Below, piece after piece: positions 19,801 to 28,135 of a stretch of 44,072 nucleotides of DNA. The translations under genes were made by a program, and so were the position numbers. Below the pieces are notes generated by a model. The model did not search any database, was not told the origin of the DNA, and was given only the letters and a program-made list of their open reading frames with translations. This DNA comes from a virus (Duplodnaviria; Caudoviricetes): positions 1-44,072 of the IMG/VR virus record IMGVR_UViG_3300033407_000039; one strand, written 5' to 3'. Numbering within the stretch: the stretch's first letter is position 1; every line of letters begins with the position of its first letter.

Positions 19801-20386
19801 CACCTTCCTGCGGCGAAGCAATTTCTGTGCGCAACTGGGGGTTGGGGCCTTCCAGTACAGCAACTGTGTCAGGGAGCCCACTGACGAACTCCACCCGATC
19901 AAGGTACTTGTTGTTCGGGTATTTGTTGAGGATAACCTGGGGCATCGACCCGTTCTCGGTCAGCCCGAGAGGGTTAATAGGGGCGCCTTCCTCATCTACC
20001 TCAGCGGACAGCTTCTGCCCAGTGGTGTCGGCCCTGCGGCTGGGAAGACCCCACTCCAGATAATCCTCGTCATCCTCGCGTCCCGTTGACGGGGTGAGCA
20101 CAATGCCCTCGGGTTCCCACGCGAGCTTCAGCAGGAAGCTCCGGTCAACAGCTTCTTCGTCAAGCTGGGACACATCGATGTTGATGTAGGGGAGATTCCC
20201 GACGTAACCCGCTTCGATGTGCAGGCCGCCGGGAAAGGTCTTGCGGATCAGCGACTGACTGAGGCTACCCAGCTCCCCACCACGTCGGAGCACACCCCCA
20301 AGAAGGGTGCGCCCGAGCGGTATGAACTGGGCAGCGAGGTCTTTGCTACCTTTGAACCGTATCCGAACCTCATCGGTGTACCGCAC
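16889..20386 (-). CDS. Large acidic virion/tail protein with an internal CAP/SCP-like domain
   Basis: 1165 aa in the tail operon, containing the segment IFQETNGYRAAVG...FFHSH...ENI...SWRDSAEHYPNM. Confidence 0.55.
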   Translation of the reverse strand: MRYTDEVRIRFKGSKDLAAQFIPLGRTLLGGVLRRGGELGSLSQSLIRKTFPGGLHIEAGYVGNLPYINIDVSQLDEEAVDRSFLLKLAWEPEGIVLTPSTGREDDEDYLEWGLPSRRADTTGQKLSAEVDEEGAPINPLGLTENGSMPQVILNKYPNNKYLDRVEFVSGLPDTVAVLEGPNPQLRTEIASPQEGGPVRYAYGLKLSEPYSYAYQPDYYEGVEYWNIEVGDINVPGVYEVLREGDTTYTRQLARQFTRDFTSLIYEEPADEWFTHRPEEVLYAGAVAESIFQETNGYRAAVGEEPVYRMVRGDTNAAPLIGRQTARPPGHFFHSHPDFQPGYRTTSGRVFSTTGREPFMSLGHNFRENILLLSPDGIPEWATTPTLVGQFIAESWRDSAEHYPNMVDSLWSEFALPFATWGGGTKLASHHIGAGGGLNAYVDRNDATLPADQFNPVPLIGINNHECWAQLFCARESWVPIYDDLHEGAHGATGVGNGTNPYSHSHFPDARWVGWGRHQYEIPSGLIQAIVPTDVETDDFLGCVGSAMIEQQVEVERDGEIVFDTEKWVRCVYYTSTALIDARAGGGTYPQESDYVRMFVVKFPVRITESSEIPWRPDDADDGRWEIEYEWEWLLEDDWLTNPPAKVWFNSTGDRFTFTMHKISDTYNEALDYLAQFWSEHTYTDTGLGTPVTRDADISALENPRAAVNCHHFEWDDSLVGTDAPMTEYVPTPLVAEITCWTSDPDDDPLDSEAPGFWLTFYKRVLNGTYEVFPHYDPNDVLSYVVLQVDEKSNQLGHRLDGPDFGGRYSYCWRYRKMVFPSGKEIVYMQQYMEGLFPTTFLEGERTEDTGQEDDAVWPGSGDASFFCMVHYMDLLREDIIYSKIFTEKEWVYFPSDPPDERRLRVDGDVEYWMDLDPNEGDEFPYGRTIELLYTIPKSLDNPAINTLPKSDTDPEPFRSSLPNSRWIYNMDVSPSTIFHAEPAGAGLIRANTSGMITPDVDDAVGVFATVTPAGAYVRPPYRTFPQETVDVPWGRPPAGDYQVSCFTGYQYHGDSNTNYVGTGKLALSFMNCNIGPQFSKLGEVQAKVVRYEDRIIVRVGINHVNKVGYLPPTYTKAVGSTFAFSEWEYYAPPEDGEVLLWANFDIDEALGIEGVRDVWPMGKVL

Positions 20387-20392
20387 AAGGGC

Positions 20393-20959
20393 TTATACCG
20401 GCGTCAAGGTCAGCTGGTAGCCCACGTCGAGGATCTCGTCCTCCGCCAGCGACTTGGCTGTGCCGAATTTGCTGGCCGCAACCAGGGTGCCAGTAGTACC
20501 ACTTTTCACCGAGCTGGACAGCAGGCCCGCACCACGTACCGTAATCGCCGACGTAGCCACGAACTCAGCTTTGGCGGAGTAGCTACTGATAACACCACCA
20601 GAAACTGCAGTAGGTTCCCACGCGGGGCGTGTTGCGCTGCTGTAGGCGGTCAGCTCGGTGGCGTTGGCCGTGAAGTTGGCCGCGGTCCACCCGGCTGCCA
20701 CGGTAACGTCGCCGGAGAAAATGGCGATGTACCACGACGGGATCGCCGTGACACCGCGCAGCGCGGAGCCCAGGATGTAGTTGAGGCCCTCAGTCACCAC
20801 CAAGTTGTGGGTGAATTCCTCGGGCTCTCCCCGTTTGCTGTAGCAGAATTCGCCGCGGGCCAGCAGGCGCAGGGCGGGCAGAAGGATGCCGTCTTCGGTC
20901 AGCTCGAAAGCCCCCTCGTCCAGCGCGCGTTTGATCTTTTGGTCCGTCATCGGGTTCAC
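20393..20959 (-). CDS. Small virion/fibre subunit
   Basis: 188 aa; the HNLVVTEGLNYIL...WYIAIF...ELTAY....RP and LDVGYQLTL pattern is common in phage structural proteins. Confidence 0.6.
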   Translation of the reverse strand: MNPMTDQKIKRALDEGAFELTEDGILLPALRLLARGEFCYSKRGEPEEFTHNLVVTEGLNYILGSALRGVTAIPSWYIAIFSGDVTVAAGWTAANFTANATELTAYSSATRPAWEPTAVSGGVISSYSAKAEFVATSAITVRGAGLLSSSVKSGTTGTLVAASKFGTAKSLAEDEILDVGYQLTLTPV

Positions 20960-20962
20960 CTC

Positions 20963-22273
20963 TCAAGTTTTCACAGCATTGCGGCGAATCTCGGCCACCA
21001 CAGAGTCCGATGCGCCAAACGAATTTTCTCCCGGCTGGCGCAGAGCGGAGACCAGATGCCGCATACCCTCTCGCTCCCGGGCCAATATAGCACCTGCGCC
21101 GAACGATGGCACGGCCAACCTGTCCTGTGTCAACTGCTGCGCTTCGCCACCTGGCAGCCCCGCTACCAGCCCACCTTGCTGGGTCCACCACACCGGCAGA
21201 TGCTCCAGCTCTCGATCAAGGAAGTAGCCGGGAACGCGGGTACCGGTGCCAGGGACAGCACCACGGGAGTTGACCCGGGTGTTGCTCACATCATAGGGGT
21301 TGTTACCACCCAGGAACACCACAGTCTTGCCGTAGCCCACATAGAGTCCGTCCTCGGACGGCTCCAGCAGCGCCACTGGCTTAGGCATCATGTACAGGGC
21401 CTGCGAGTAGCGCACCAGCCCGTAGCGCAGCGCCTCGGTAAAAAATACCGCCTCGCCCACGCTGAAATAGATACGCCCGTTGAAGTAGCGCACGATGTCA
21501 CCAGCGATCACTGACTCCAGGTGCTGGGTCTCCAGCACGCGCCCGGCGCCCATCCCCGACAGGGAGACATCCACGGACAGCGTGGCGGCCGGCACCGTAG
21601 CGTAGAGGGTGAACACCTCGCTGTTGGCCTGGGTCACATAGACGTTGCGCTGGACGGCCTCCACCGGTGCCGAGAGCATGGCCACAGTGAACCCACCCCC
21701 CTGCGCTACCGTGATGGTCGCAGCCTCCGATGCGCCGCCTTCCTCGCCATCAGCGCCGGTGAACGTCACCGCCACCTGGTACTGCCCCGCGTTGAGGCCG
21801 AGGCTAGGGGTCAGCGACAGGGCAGGCGTGGCCGGCACCGGCAGCCCCCAGGGGCGCAACTCACCGTCGAAAGTAATGTAGCCCTTGTCGAGGCCGTTGC
21901 TGAAATACACCCGGTCGTTGACGGTGGTGTAAGACATTGGCCGTGACCAGTCTACCGTGGTCACCTGCTCAACCAACGGCTCTGGGCCACTCACGGTACA
22001 CAGGTAGCCCTCACGCACCACCAGGGCGAAGGGGGCGTCCCCGACGCGCCACAGGCTGTGTGTAAAGCCCTCGACCACCGACGCATACCCACGCCGGCGA
22101 ATAGGCTTGCCCTGCTGGGTGAGGTCCACGTTGATCGCACTGCGCAGGAACTCGCCCGCGGGGATCCGCAGACGATTGTCGATGTTGACGTTCTCGGTCT
22201 CACGCGCACGGTTGTTGATACCGCCCGGCCACCCGGCGAGGGTCAGGATATCGTTGTCGCGGGGGCTGGTCAC
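20963..22273 (-). CDS. Putative tail nozzle/DNA-stabilisation protein
   Basis: 436 aa, beta-rich. The N-terminal W.GGINN...LRSAINVD...G...RRRGY pattern is nozzle-like, and the gene follows the adaptor. Confidence 0.6.
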   Translation of the reverse strand: MTSPRDNDILTLAGWPGGINNRARETENVNIDNRLRIPAGEFLRSAINVDLTQQGKPIRRRGYASVVEGFTHSLWRVGDAPFALVVREGYLCTVSGPEPLVEQVTTVDWSRPMSYTTVNDRVYFSNGLDKGYITFDGELRPWGLPVPATPALSLTPSLGLNAGQYQVAVTFTGADGEEGGASEAATITVAQGGGFTVAMLSAPVEAVQRNVYVTQANSEVFTLYATVPAATLSVDVSLSGMGAGRVLETQHLESVIAGDIVRYFNGRIYFSVGEAVFFTEALRYGLVRYSQALYMMPKPVALLEPSEDGLYVGYGKTVVFLGGNNPYDVSNTRVNSRGAVPGTGTRVPGYFLDRELEHLPVWWTQQGGLVAGLPGGEAQQLTQDRLAVPSFGAGAILAREREGMRHLVSALRQPGENSFGASDSVVAEIRRNAVKT

Positions 22274-22276
22274 GGC

Positions 22277-22945
22277 CTACACCACGTAGACAGGAGAGGG
22301 GCCGACCCGCATCTCAGCGCCGCGCAGGCGCCGGAAGGATTCTTCCCCACGGTCCACATAATACTGGTAGGCCGCAAAGTGGTCACTGGCCTTGAGCATG
22401 TCCTGCAGCTCCTGGTCGTGATGGTTGTACGCCTTGAACGCCGCGTACTCGATGATGGCCCGGGCGAACTGCGACGGGATCTCCACCTCGGTGTTCACGC
22501 CACTCTCGCACAGGTGTTTGAGCGGGTAGCGCCAGACGCGCATGGTCAGCGTCCGCACGTCCTGGGGGATAGGCCACAGGGTTACATAACCTGGGGCGAA
22601 GTCCGTCTGGAAACCCCAGACACGCTGGGTGTTGGACTGGTACTCAAACAGCTGGGGGTTCTGCCACCCCTCCTTACTCTGTTCTTCGTACCGTCGCAAT
22701 GGCCGGCCGGCGTCATACACGTCCATCACACGGATGATGCGCGAGCTGATCGGGTAGCTTTGGGTGTCCACCGCCGTGGTGATAGTGTAGGTCTGGGGGT
22801 CTACGAAGTAGCCCGTGTCCTCACAGAAACGGTCCTGCCCCTCAGCCATGTAGCCAAGGAGCATGGAGTCCGTCCAGAAACCGTCGTAAGGGCTTTCATA
22901 GAGGACATGCTTCAGCTCTTTGAGCAGCTGCCCCGCGGTAGTCAC
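22277..22945 (-). CDS. Head-tail adaptor protein
   Basis: 222 aa; FWTDSMLLGYMAEGQ, YVTLWPIP and EIPSQFARAIIEYAAFKAY motifs fit podovirus adaptors; follows the capsid genes. Confidence 0.7.
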   Translation of the reverse strand: MTTAGQLLKELKHVLYESPYDGFWTDSMLLGYMAEGQDRFCEDTGYFVDPQTYTITTAVDTQSYPISSRIIRVMDVYDAGRPLRRYEEQSKEGWQNPQLFEYQSNTQRVWGFQTDFAPGYVTLWPIPQDVRTLTMRVWRYPLKHLCESGVNTEVEIPSQFARAIIEYAAFKAYNHHDQELQDMLKASDHFAAYQYYVDRGEESFRRLRGAEMRVGPSPVYVV

Positions 22946-23296
22946 TTACCCAACCAACCGCCAGGGGATCGAGCTGAGATTACGCTTCTGCAGATCCTCA
23001 AGACCATCAGCGCGGCGCACCTTCACATACTTGGTCGCAATGGCGTTGCGCAGTACACCCACCACCGACTCAGGTACAGAGGTCTCGATACCACGTTGTA
23101 TCTGGTACACAACACCGTTCACACCCACGACTTCGTAGTTGGGCTGGCCCTCTACTTCGTCGATGATAATGGTACGGCGCGCTTCTTTCACGGGCTCAGC
23201 CTCTTTCTTGGTGCGTGAGCCGCCCTTAATCTTGGGCTCTGCTGGCGCTGGCTTCTCGTCGCCCAGCCCCATCAGGTCGTCAAATTCGTCATTCAT
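22946..23296 (-). CDS. Conserved-looking phage hypothetical protein
   Basis: AGGAG RBS before the ATG at 23296; VGVNGVVYQIQRG motif; lies between capsid decoration and adaptor genes. Confidence 0.6.
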   Translation of the reverse strand: MNDEFDDLMGLGDEKPAPAEPKIKGGSRTKKEAEPVKEARRTIIIDEVEGQPNYEVVGVNGVVYQIQRGIETSVPESVVGVLRNAIATKYVKVRRADGLEDLQKRNLSSIPWRLVG

Positions 23297-23310
23297 AAAC
23301 AACTCCTGAT

Positions 23311-23334
23311 AAAACGGGGAGCCCGGAGGCTCCC
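23311..23334 (-). terminator. Rho-independent terminator after the capsid/decoration genes
   Basis: Minus strand reads GGGAGCC-TCCG-GGCTCCC followed by CGTTTT. Confidence 0.7.
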
Positions 23335-23346
23335 AAAGGGGGGCTA

Positions 23347-23841
23347 TTAGACCACGGTGCGAACAGCGATACCGAAGTTGTAGTAGGTGTCCGTCACGGT
23401 ACCCGCCGACAACGCTGTGGTACCCGGTACGAAGTTCGCACCGACGGTGGCCACCTTGACCGCACCCAGGGGGGCATGGTCGAGGGGGCAGGCCGGTACG
23501 CGCAGGTCACTGGGCTGGCCATCAACGATGGGCGTGGGCTCACCGTTGATGATGGTGATGGTACCCGCGGCGTTGATAGCCAGCAGGTACATCGCCGTGT
23601 TGCCGTCCACCAGCGGCGTCAGGTCCGTGAACGCAGTACCCGCAGCCACGGCGCCCTTGGAGTAAATCTGGCCGCCGATCATGTAGGTAAACGCACCCGT
23701 GGCGACGTTCGCCGCTGTTGAGCCAATGGCCAGGGCCGCTGAAGCCAACACCCGGTTACCTAGGAGGTGCTTCAGAGCCGCGTCCGTGATGGACTCGATG
23801 GTGGGAGCCTTCAGCTCCCGTGCATTGTATTGAGTCGTCAT
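23347..23841 (-). CDS. Putative capsid decoration/cement protein
   Basis: 164 aa, Ala/Thr/Gly-rich and beta-type, immediately after the MCP and before the terminator. Confidence 0.6.
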   Translation of the reverse strand: MTTQYNARELKAPTIESITDAALKHLLGNRVLASAALAIGSTAANVATGAFTYMIGGQIYSKGAVAAGTAFTDLTPLVDGNTAMYLLAINAAGTITIINGEPTPIVDGQPSDLRVPACPLDHAPLGAVKVATVGANFVPGTTALSAGTVTDTYYNFGIAVRTVV

Positions 23842-23854
23842 CTTACTCCACCTC

Positions 23855-24844
23855 TTAGCTCAGTTCAGGAATAGCGACTTCGGCGCGGGCCATCCACAAC
23901 TGCTGCAGGATCACAGCGGTCATCATGGTTTTCCAGCCGATGGTGCCACGTTGGTTCAGGGGGTCGGTACTACCGCCGCTACCCGGGTTCTTGACTATCA
24001 GGCTCATCGCATTCTGGCCGCGCAGGGCGATCGTAGCGAAGGCGTTGGCCGTCAGGTAGATGACCGGGTACACGTCGGAAGCAACGTTGGCGGTGGTGAT
24101 GTTGCTGCCCACTGCGCCGCCGGCGTCCGGCCAGGACTCGAACACGGTAGACATGACGTAGCGGACACTCTCCACTGCGCCGATCTCACCTTCCCAGATG
24201 GGGCCAGTACCGTAGTCCTTGACGTGCTTGAAGCCCGTCAGGCCGCGGATAACAAACTCACAGTCCGGGTGAACCAGGCCGACGTAGGAAGCTTCCACCG
24301 CTTCCGCTTCTTGCACCACACTGGACTTCAGGACGCTGGTGAACGGCATGGCGTTCTGGCGACGGAAGGCCCGGATCACCTTGCGCTGCAGGGTGAGGGT
24401 CAGGGGGGTGTTCACCGCGTTGCGGGCGGCACCGTTGGCATAGAACACGTTGGTCCCCGCTTTGAGGTAACCAAACCGCACTTTCTCGACGGTCTGCGCA
24501 GCCTGCTCCGCAATCACCTGACGCATCTCAGAGAACACCGGGTCTTCGTGGGTGTCCATGATAACGTCAGTCAGGGTCACGAAGTCGCCGTACTGCTCCA
24601 GCTGGGCCTCAACATCCATGACGCTGGGGGTGTTCCCTACCGGAGTGACACCCTCAACCAACGGGGTATCCGCCAGCGGGAGTGGGTTGTAGCGGCGAAA
24701 CTTCTGCGTCTTGGTCTCGTTGTTCGGGACCACGCGGGTCTGTGCGAACTTCTCGATCGTCAGCAGGGGCAGAGCCCGTTTCAGAAGATCCGCGACGGCT
24801 CGTCCCTCGACGCGGGGTGAAATGTCAGAATAGGTCGTAGGCAT
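23855..24844 (-). CDS. Major capsid protein, N4-gp56-like family
   Basis: 329 aa with KFRRY.PL, L.EGVTP, L.QYGDF, GEIG.V..VR and DPLNQRGTIGWK motifs. Confidence 0.92.
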   Translation of the reverse strand: MPTTYSDISPRVEGRAVADLLKRALPLLTIEKFAQTRVVPNNETKTQKFRRYNPLPLADTPLVEGVTPVGNTPSVMDVEAQLEQYGDFVTLTDVIMDTHEDPVFSEMRQVIAEQAAQTVEKVRFGYLKAGTNVFYANGAARNAVNTPLTLTLQRKVIRAFRRQNAMPFTSVLKSSVVQEAEAVEASYVGLVHPDCEFVIRGLTGFKHVKDYGTGPIWEGEIGAVESVRYVMSTVFESWPDAGGAVGSNITTANVASDVYPVIYLTANAFATIALRGQNAMSLIVKNPGSGGSTDPLNQRGTIGWKTMMTAVILQQLWMARAEVAIPELS

Positions 24845-24874
24845 TGCTCGTCACCTCAGTCACACAGTTGAAAA

Positions 24875-25849
24875 TCATCCGGCACGCTGGATTTCACGTA
24901 CCATTTCCTTGAATCCACCCTCAAAGTCCAGGGGGTCGTCACTCTCAGCGCCCTTGGTGCGACGTGAGGTCGGCGACTGCATCAGCTCCAGTCGCTTTTT
25001 CTTGTCACCCTTGTCTGCTGTCTCCACGGGTGCCGCCGGTTCTGCTGGCGGATCCTCAGTTTTCTCGGTCACCTTACCGGTCTCGTTCTTGAACCGGCTT
25101 ATCAGGTCGATCGCGTCCTGCGGGTCCGGGGAGTCAAAGGCCCTGGCATAGGCATCGCGCAAATACGCCGGCTGCTCACCCACCCACTTAACCAGTTCGT
25201 CGCCAAATGTCTTGGATACCTTGGGGTCGTAGACCTCCGGGTGTACCTCGCGCACGGCGCTATCATAACGCTCAGCGGCGGACATCTCCACACTTTGCTG
25301 CATGGGCTGGATGCGGTCCTCCAGCTCCTTACGGATGTTGGCGATCTGCTTGGTCACCTCCTTGGCAATGGTGTCAGAAACGGACTTGACCTGCAGGGCC
25401 ACCATCTCACTGACATCCTTCCACTCAGTGGTCAGCTCCTTGAGCCGCGCCGCTTCCTCATCGGTCAGCGCGGGCTTCTCGGGTTCCGGCTCCTTCTTGG
25501 CCTCGGGCTCAGGCTTCTTGGGTTGCTCCAGCGGTTGCTCTTTGGGCAGCCGCTTGTCGAGCATCTCATAAATCTCAGCCGCCTGGTCCTTGGACAGCGG
25601 GGGCTTGGGTTCTTCCTTTACCGGCTCAGGCTTCTCGACAGCAACGGGCGGAGCTTCGTCCTCGTCGCTGGCATCGTCCTCAGCGGTAGTGACCTCTTTC
25701 TTGGGCTCGGTTGACGGCTTGTCAGCAAAATCCAACGGATCATCACCGGTGCCTACCGGCGGCGTACCATCGTCAATACCCTCCAGGAACCCCTCGTTGA
25801 AGTTCGTGATCGGGTCTTTTGTGTCCTTGTCGTCTACATCATCAACCAT
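24875..25849 (-). CDS. Capsid scaffolding protein
   Basis: 324 aa, acidic and Pro/Glu/Lys-rich with a central coiled coil, located between portal and MCP; GGAGG RBS. Confidence 0.75.
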   Translation of the reverse strand: MVDDVDDKDTKDPITNFNEGFLEGIDDGTPPVGTGDDPLDFADKPSTEPKKEVTTAEDDASDEDEAPPVAVEKPEPVKEEPKPPLSKDQAAEIYEMLDKRLPKEQPLEQPKKPEPEAKKEPEPEKPALTDEEAARLKELTTEWKDVSEMVALQVKSVSDTIAKEVTKQIANIRKELEDRIQPMQQSVEMSAAERYDSAVREVHPEVYDPKVSKTFGDELVKWVGEQPAYLRDAYARAFDSPDPQDAIDLISRFKNETGKVTEKTEDPPAEPAAPVETADKGDKKKRLELMQSPTSRRTKGAESDDPLDFEGGFKEMVREIQRAG

Positions 25850-25872
25850 GGTGAATCCTCCACCCTATTACC

Positions 25873-25901
25873 TACATAATCAGATTATTCGCTTGTGTCA
25901 A
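25873..25901 (-). promoter_or_regulatory. Sigma70-like promoter for scaffold/capsid genes with an overlapping palindrome
   Basis: Minus strand TTGACA-17 nt-TATGTA; inverted repeat ATAATC-A-GATTAT at 25876-25888. Confidence 0.5.
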
Positions 25902-26091
25902 CATCCCGGTCAAACAGGTCTCGCAGCAATTTGCGCAACTCCTGAGCCTTCCCGCAGTTGACGTCAGTGTTGTCGTTCACCAACTGCTCCAACCGCTTGG
26001 CATATTCTACCTCCAAAAACCGTTTCAGCGGCGCCGCTGCCTGACTGGTGCGCAGGGCGAGCGCTGCTTCGCGCCAGGGGTCATCGCTCAT
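25885..26091 (-). CDS. Small helical protein downstream of portal
   Basis: 68 aa, ATGA-coupled to the portal stop; a usual position for a small head gene in podoviruses. Confidence 0.65.
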   Translation of the reverse strand: MSDDPWREAALALRTSQAAAPLKRFLEVEYAKRLEQLVNDNTDVNCGKAQELRKLLRDLFDRDVDTSE

Positions 26092-28133
26092 TGCGCTACC
26101 GCCTTCTCACGTTGTATCACATCCAGCAGTTTACCAACAGCCTCCTGCTCCTGCTTGGAGCGCTGGAGGCCCGTCTGCTCACGACCCTGCTCTATCCGCG
26201 CCATCGCCTCGGCGTTCTGCACCGGAGTCTTCTCCGCCAGCGCCGCAGCCTGGGCCTGTTTGTACAGGGCGCTGGCCTGGCGATCCTGGGTCTGCGCATC
26301 GTCCTTGGCCATACTGCTCTGGGCCATCGCCGCGTTGCGCTGCTGGATGTCGAACAGGATCTGCTCAGCATCCTCGATACTGACTACCCGGTCAACCGGG
26401 AGGTCACGGGCTTGCAGGCGGTCGATGAGCACCTCACGCCGCTTGAGCAACTGCTTCTCGTCCTCGTCCAAGGTCTGGATGAACTGATCCAGCGCAATGC
26501 CGCGCAGCTCCTTGGCCACCAGCGAGCTGGTCCCGCGCGCGAGCACCTGGAAATCGCCCTTGATCTGGGTCTTGTCGTTAAATTCCATGTTCCACTGGTA
26601 CAGACTACCGATCACCGACTCGATCCAGCGGTCGAAGGACCGGATGATATCCTTGGTGACCATCATGGCCCCGCCCTGCAACATGCTCATGTTGCTGGTA
26701 GTGCGGAACGCCTCGCCCATGCCCTGGGTGTTGCCAAACAGGAAGGACGGCAGGTTGGACTCTACATCCATCTGGTCCTGCACCTTGCGCCGCAACTCGA
26801 TCAGCTCGCTGATGTGCGACTCCACGTTGATGTCGCGTACCGCGGGGTAACCTGCCTCGGCGCCGGTGCCTTCCCGGTGGATGACCTTGAAGGCATGGAT
26901 GGTACTGGTGTCCTGGCCCCGCTTTATCAGGTCGTCGTTGACCTCGATGATGGGGCCGGCGGATGACGCTGCGTTGTCCATGGTCATACGGTCGATGGCG
27001 CACAGCTTCATCTGGGTGTCGCGCAGCTTCTCTGGCATCCCGATCCCGGTAATGCCCACTTCCTCATCGTCCTCCGCCACGAAGGCGTGGTACATGTCGT
27101 GGGGATGTTCACCGAAGGGCGCGACGTTGGCCCGGATGACCTTTTCCTCCAGCATCCAGACATCCATCAGCACATCGCGGTCTTCCTTGCCCGGGGGTAT
27201 GTCCACCCCGCACTCTGCCATCTTGTCCGCTCGCAGGAAACCAAACCAGCGGATGACCTCGTAGTGACGGCCGTCCATATCCTTGCGGGTCATATCACCG
27301 TGGCGGACGTTGGCCAACTCTGTCTCGTGGTTACGCCGCTTGTGATTTCCCTCGGGGGTGAGTTTTAGAAACTCACGGATGACGGACCCCTCGAACGCCT
27401 CGTCATCGGACAGCTTGTAGAGGTCGTTGCGCGAGAACACCATGCGCTCGAACAAGCCCTCCTGTGTCCACCAACTGGGGGCGCTCAGGTCCGGGTAAAT
27501 ATCCCAGACTTTGACGTGCTCATAATAGGGCACTGGTGCCTCGGTGGTCTCCGCCTCGTAGGTGCTCACCTCGTCGTTGTACTTCCACGAACGCCGGGTA
27601 CGCATCTCGACCATCGGCCCTTTGGTGATACCGAAGCCATAGACCCCGCCGCTGCGCAGTACCTTGCGTGCCATCACCGTATAGCCGGCCTCGGACAGCT
27701 GGTCGTTGCACTCCCGCTCCATGGACCGCGCACGATCCTCAGCAAAGCGGAACACAGCGTCCTCGATGTCGGTGTGGGTGACGGGGGCCTGTTCTTCCTC
27801 AGCACGCTGCTGGAGCCCGTCGATGATGGCCTGGATGTCCGCCTGGTTAATGTCCGGGACCGGAGAAGGAGACAGAGACCAGTTCTTCTCGTTGGCCGGG
27901 AACATCAGCTCCATGATCTTGGCCACGAAGCCCAGTACCTTGACCTGGGTATCCAGCGGGTACACGCGTGAACGACCGGCGGGGATTTTCTCCAGCACCT
28001 CGGAGTCATAGACCCCACGGAACTGACGGAAATTTCTGAGCCACTGCTGCTCCAGCGGTTGTCGGTCAGCTTCGTACTGCAGGAACTTGCTGCGCAGCTT
28101 GGTCCCTAATGTGGCGAGTTTCTCACGGTCCAT
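26088..28133 (-). CDS. Portal protein
   Basis: 681 aa following TerL; N-terminal R..LE..W...RQF.G.Y, G.VYGFGITKGP, DIYPD and a C-terminal Gln/Ala coiled coil (barrel). Confidence 0.88.
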   Translation of the reverse strand: MDREKLATLGTKLRSKFLQYEADRQPLEQQWLRNFRQFRGVYDSEVLEKIPAGRSRVYPLDTQVKVLGFVAKIMELMFPANEKNWSLSPSPVPDINQADIQAIIDGLQQRAEEEQAPVTHTDIEDAVFRFAEDRARSMERECNDQLSEAGYTVMARKVLRSGGVYGFGITKGPMVEMRTRRSWKYNDEVSTYEAETTEAPVPYYEHVKVWDIYPDLSAPSWWTQEGLFERMVFSRNDLYKLSDDEAFEGSVIREFLKLTPEGNHKRRNHETELANVRHGDMTRKDMDGRHYEVIRWFGFLRADKMAECGVDIPPGKEDRDVLMDVWMLEEKVIRANVAPFGEHPHDMYHAFVAEDDEEVGITGIGMPEKLRDTQMKLCAIDRMTMDNAASSAGPIIEVNDDLIKRGQDTSTIHAFKVIHREGTGAEAGYPAVRDINVESHISELIELRRKVQDQMDVESNLPSFLFGNTQGMGEAFRTTSNMSMLQGGAMMVTKDIIRSFDRWIESVIGSLYQWNMEFNDKTQIKGDFQVLARGTSSLVAKELRGIALDQFIQTLDEDEKQLLKRREVLIDRLQARDLPVDRVVSIEDAEQILFDIQQRNAAMAQSSMAKDDAQTQDRQASALYKQAQAAALAEKTPVQNAEAMARIEQGREQTGLQRSKQEQEAVGKLLDVIQREKAVAQ

Positions 28134-28135
28134 AC

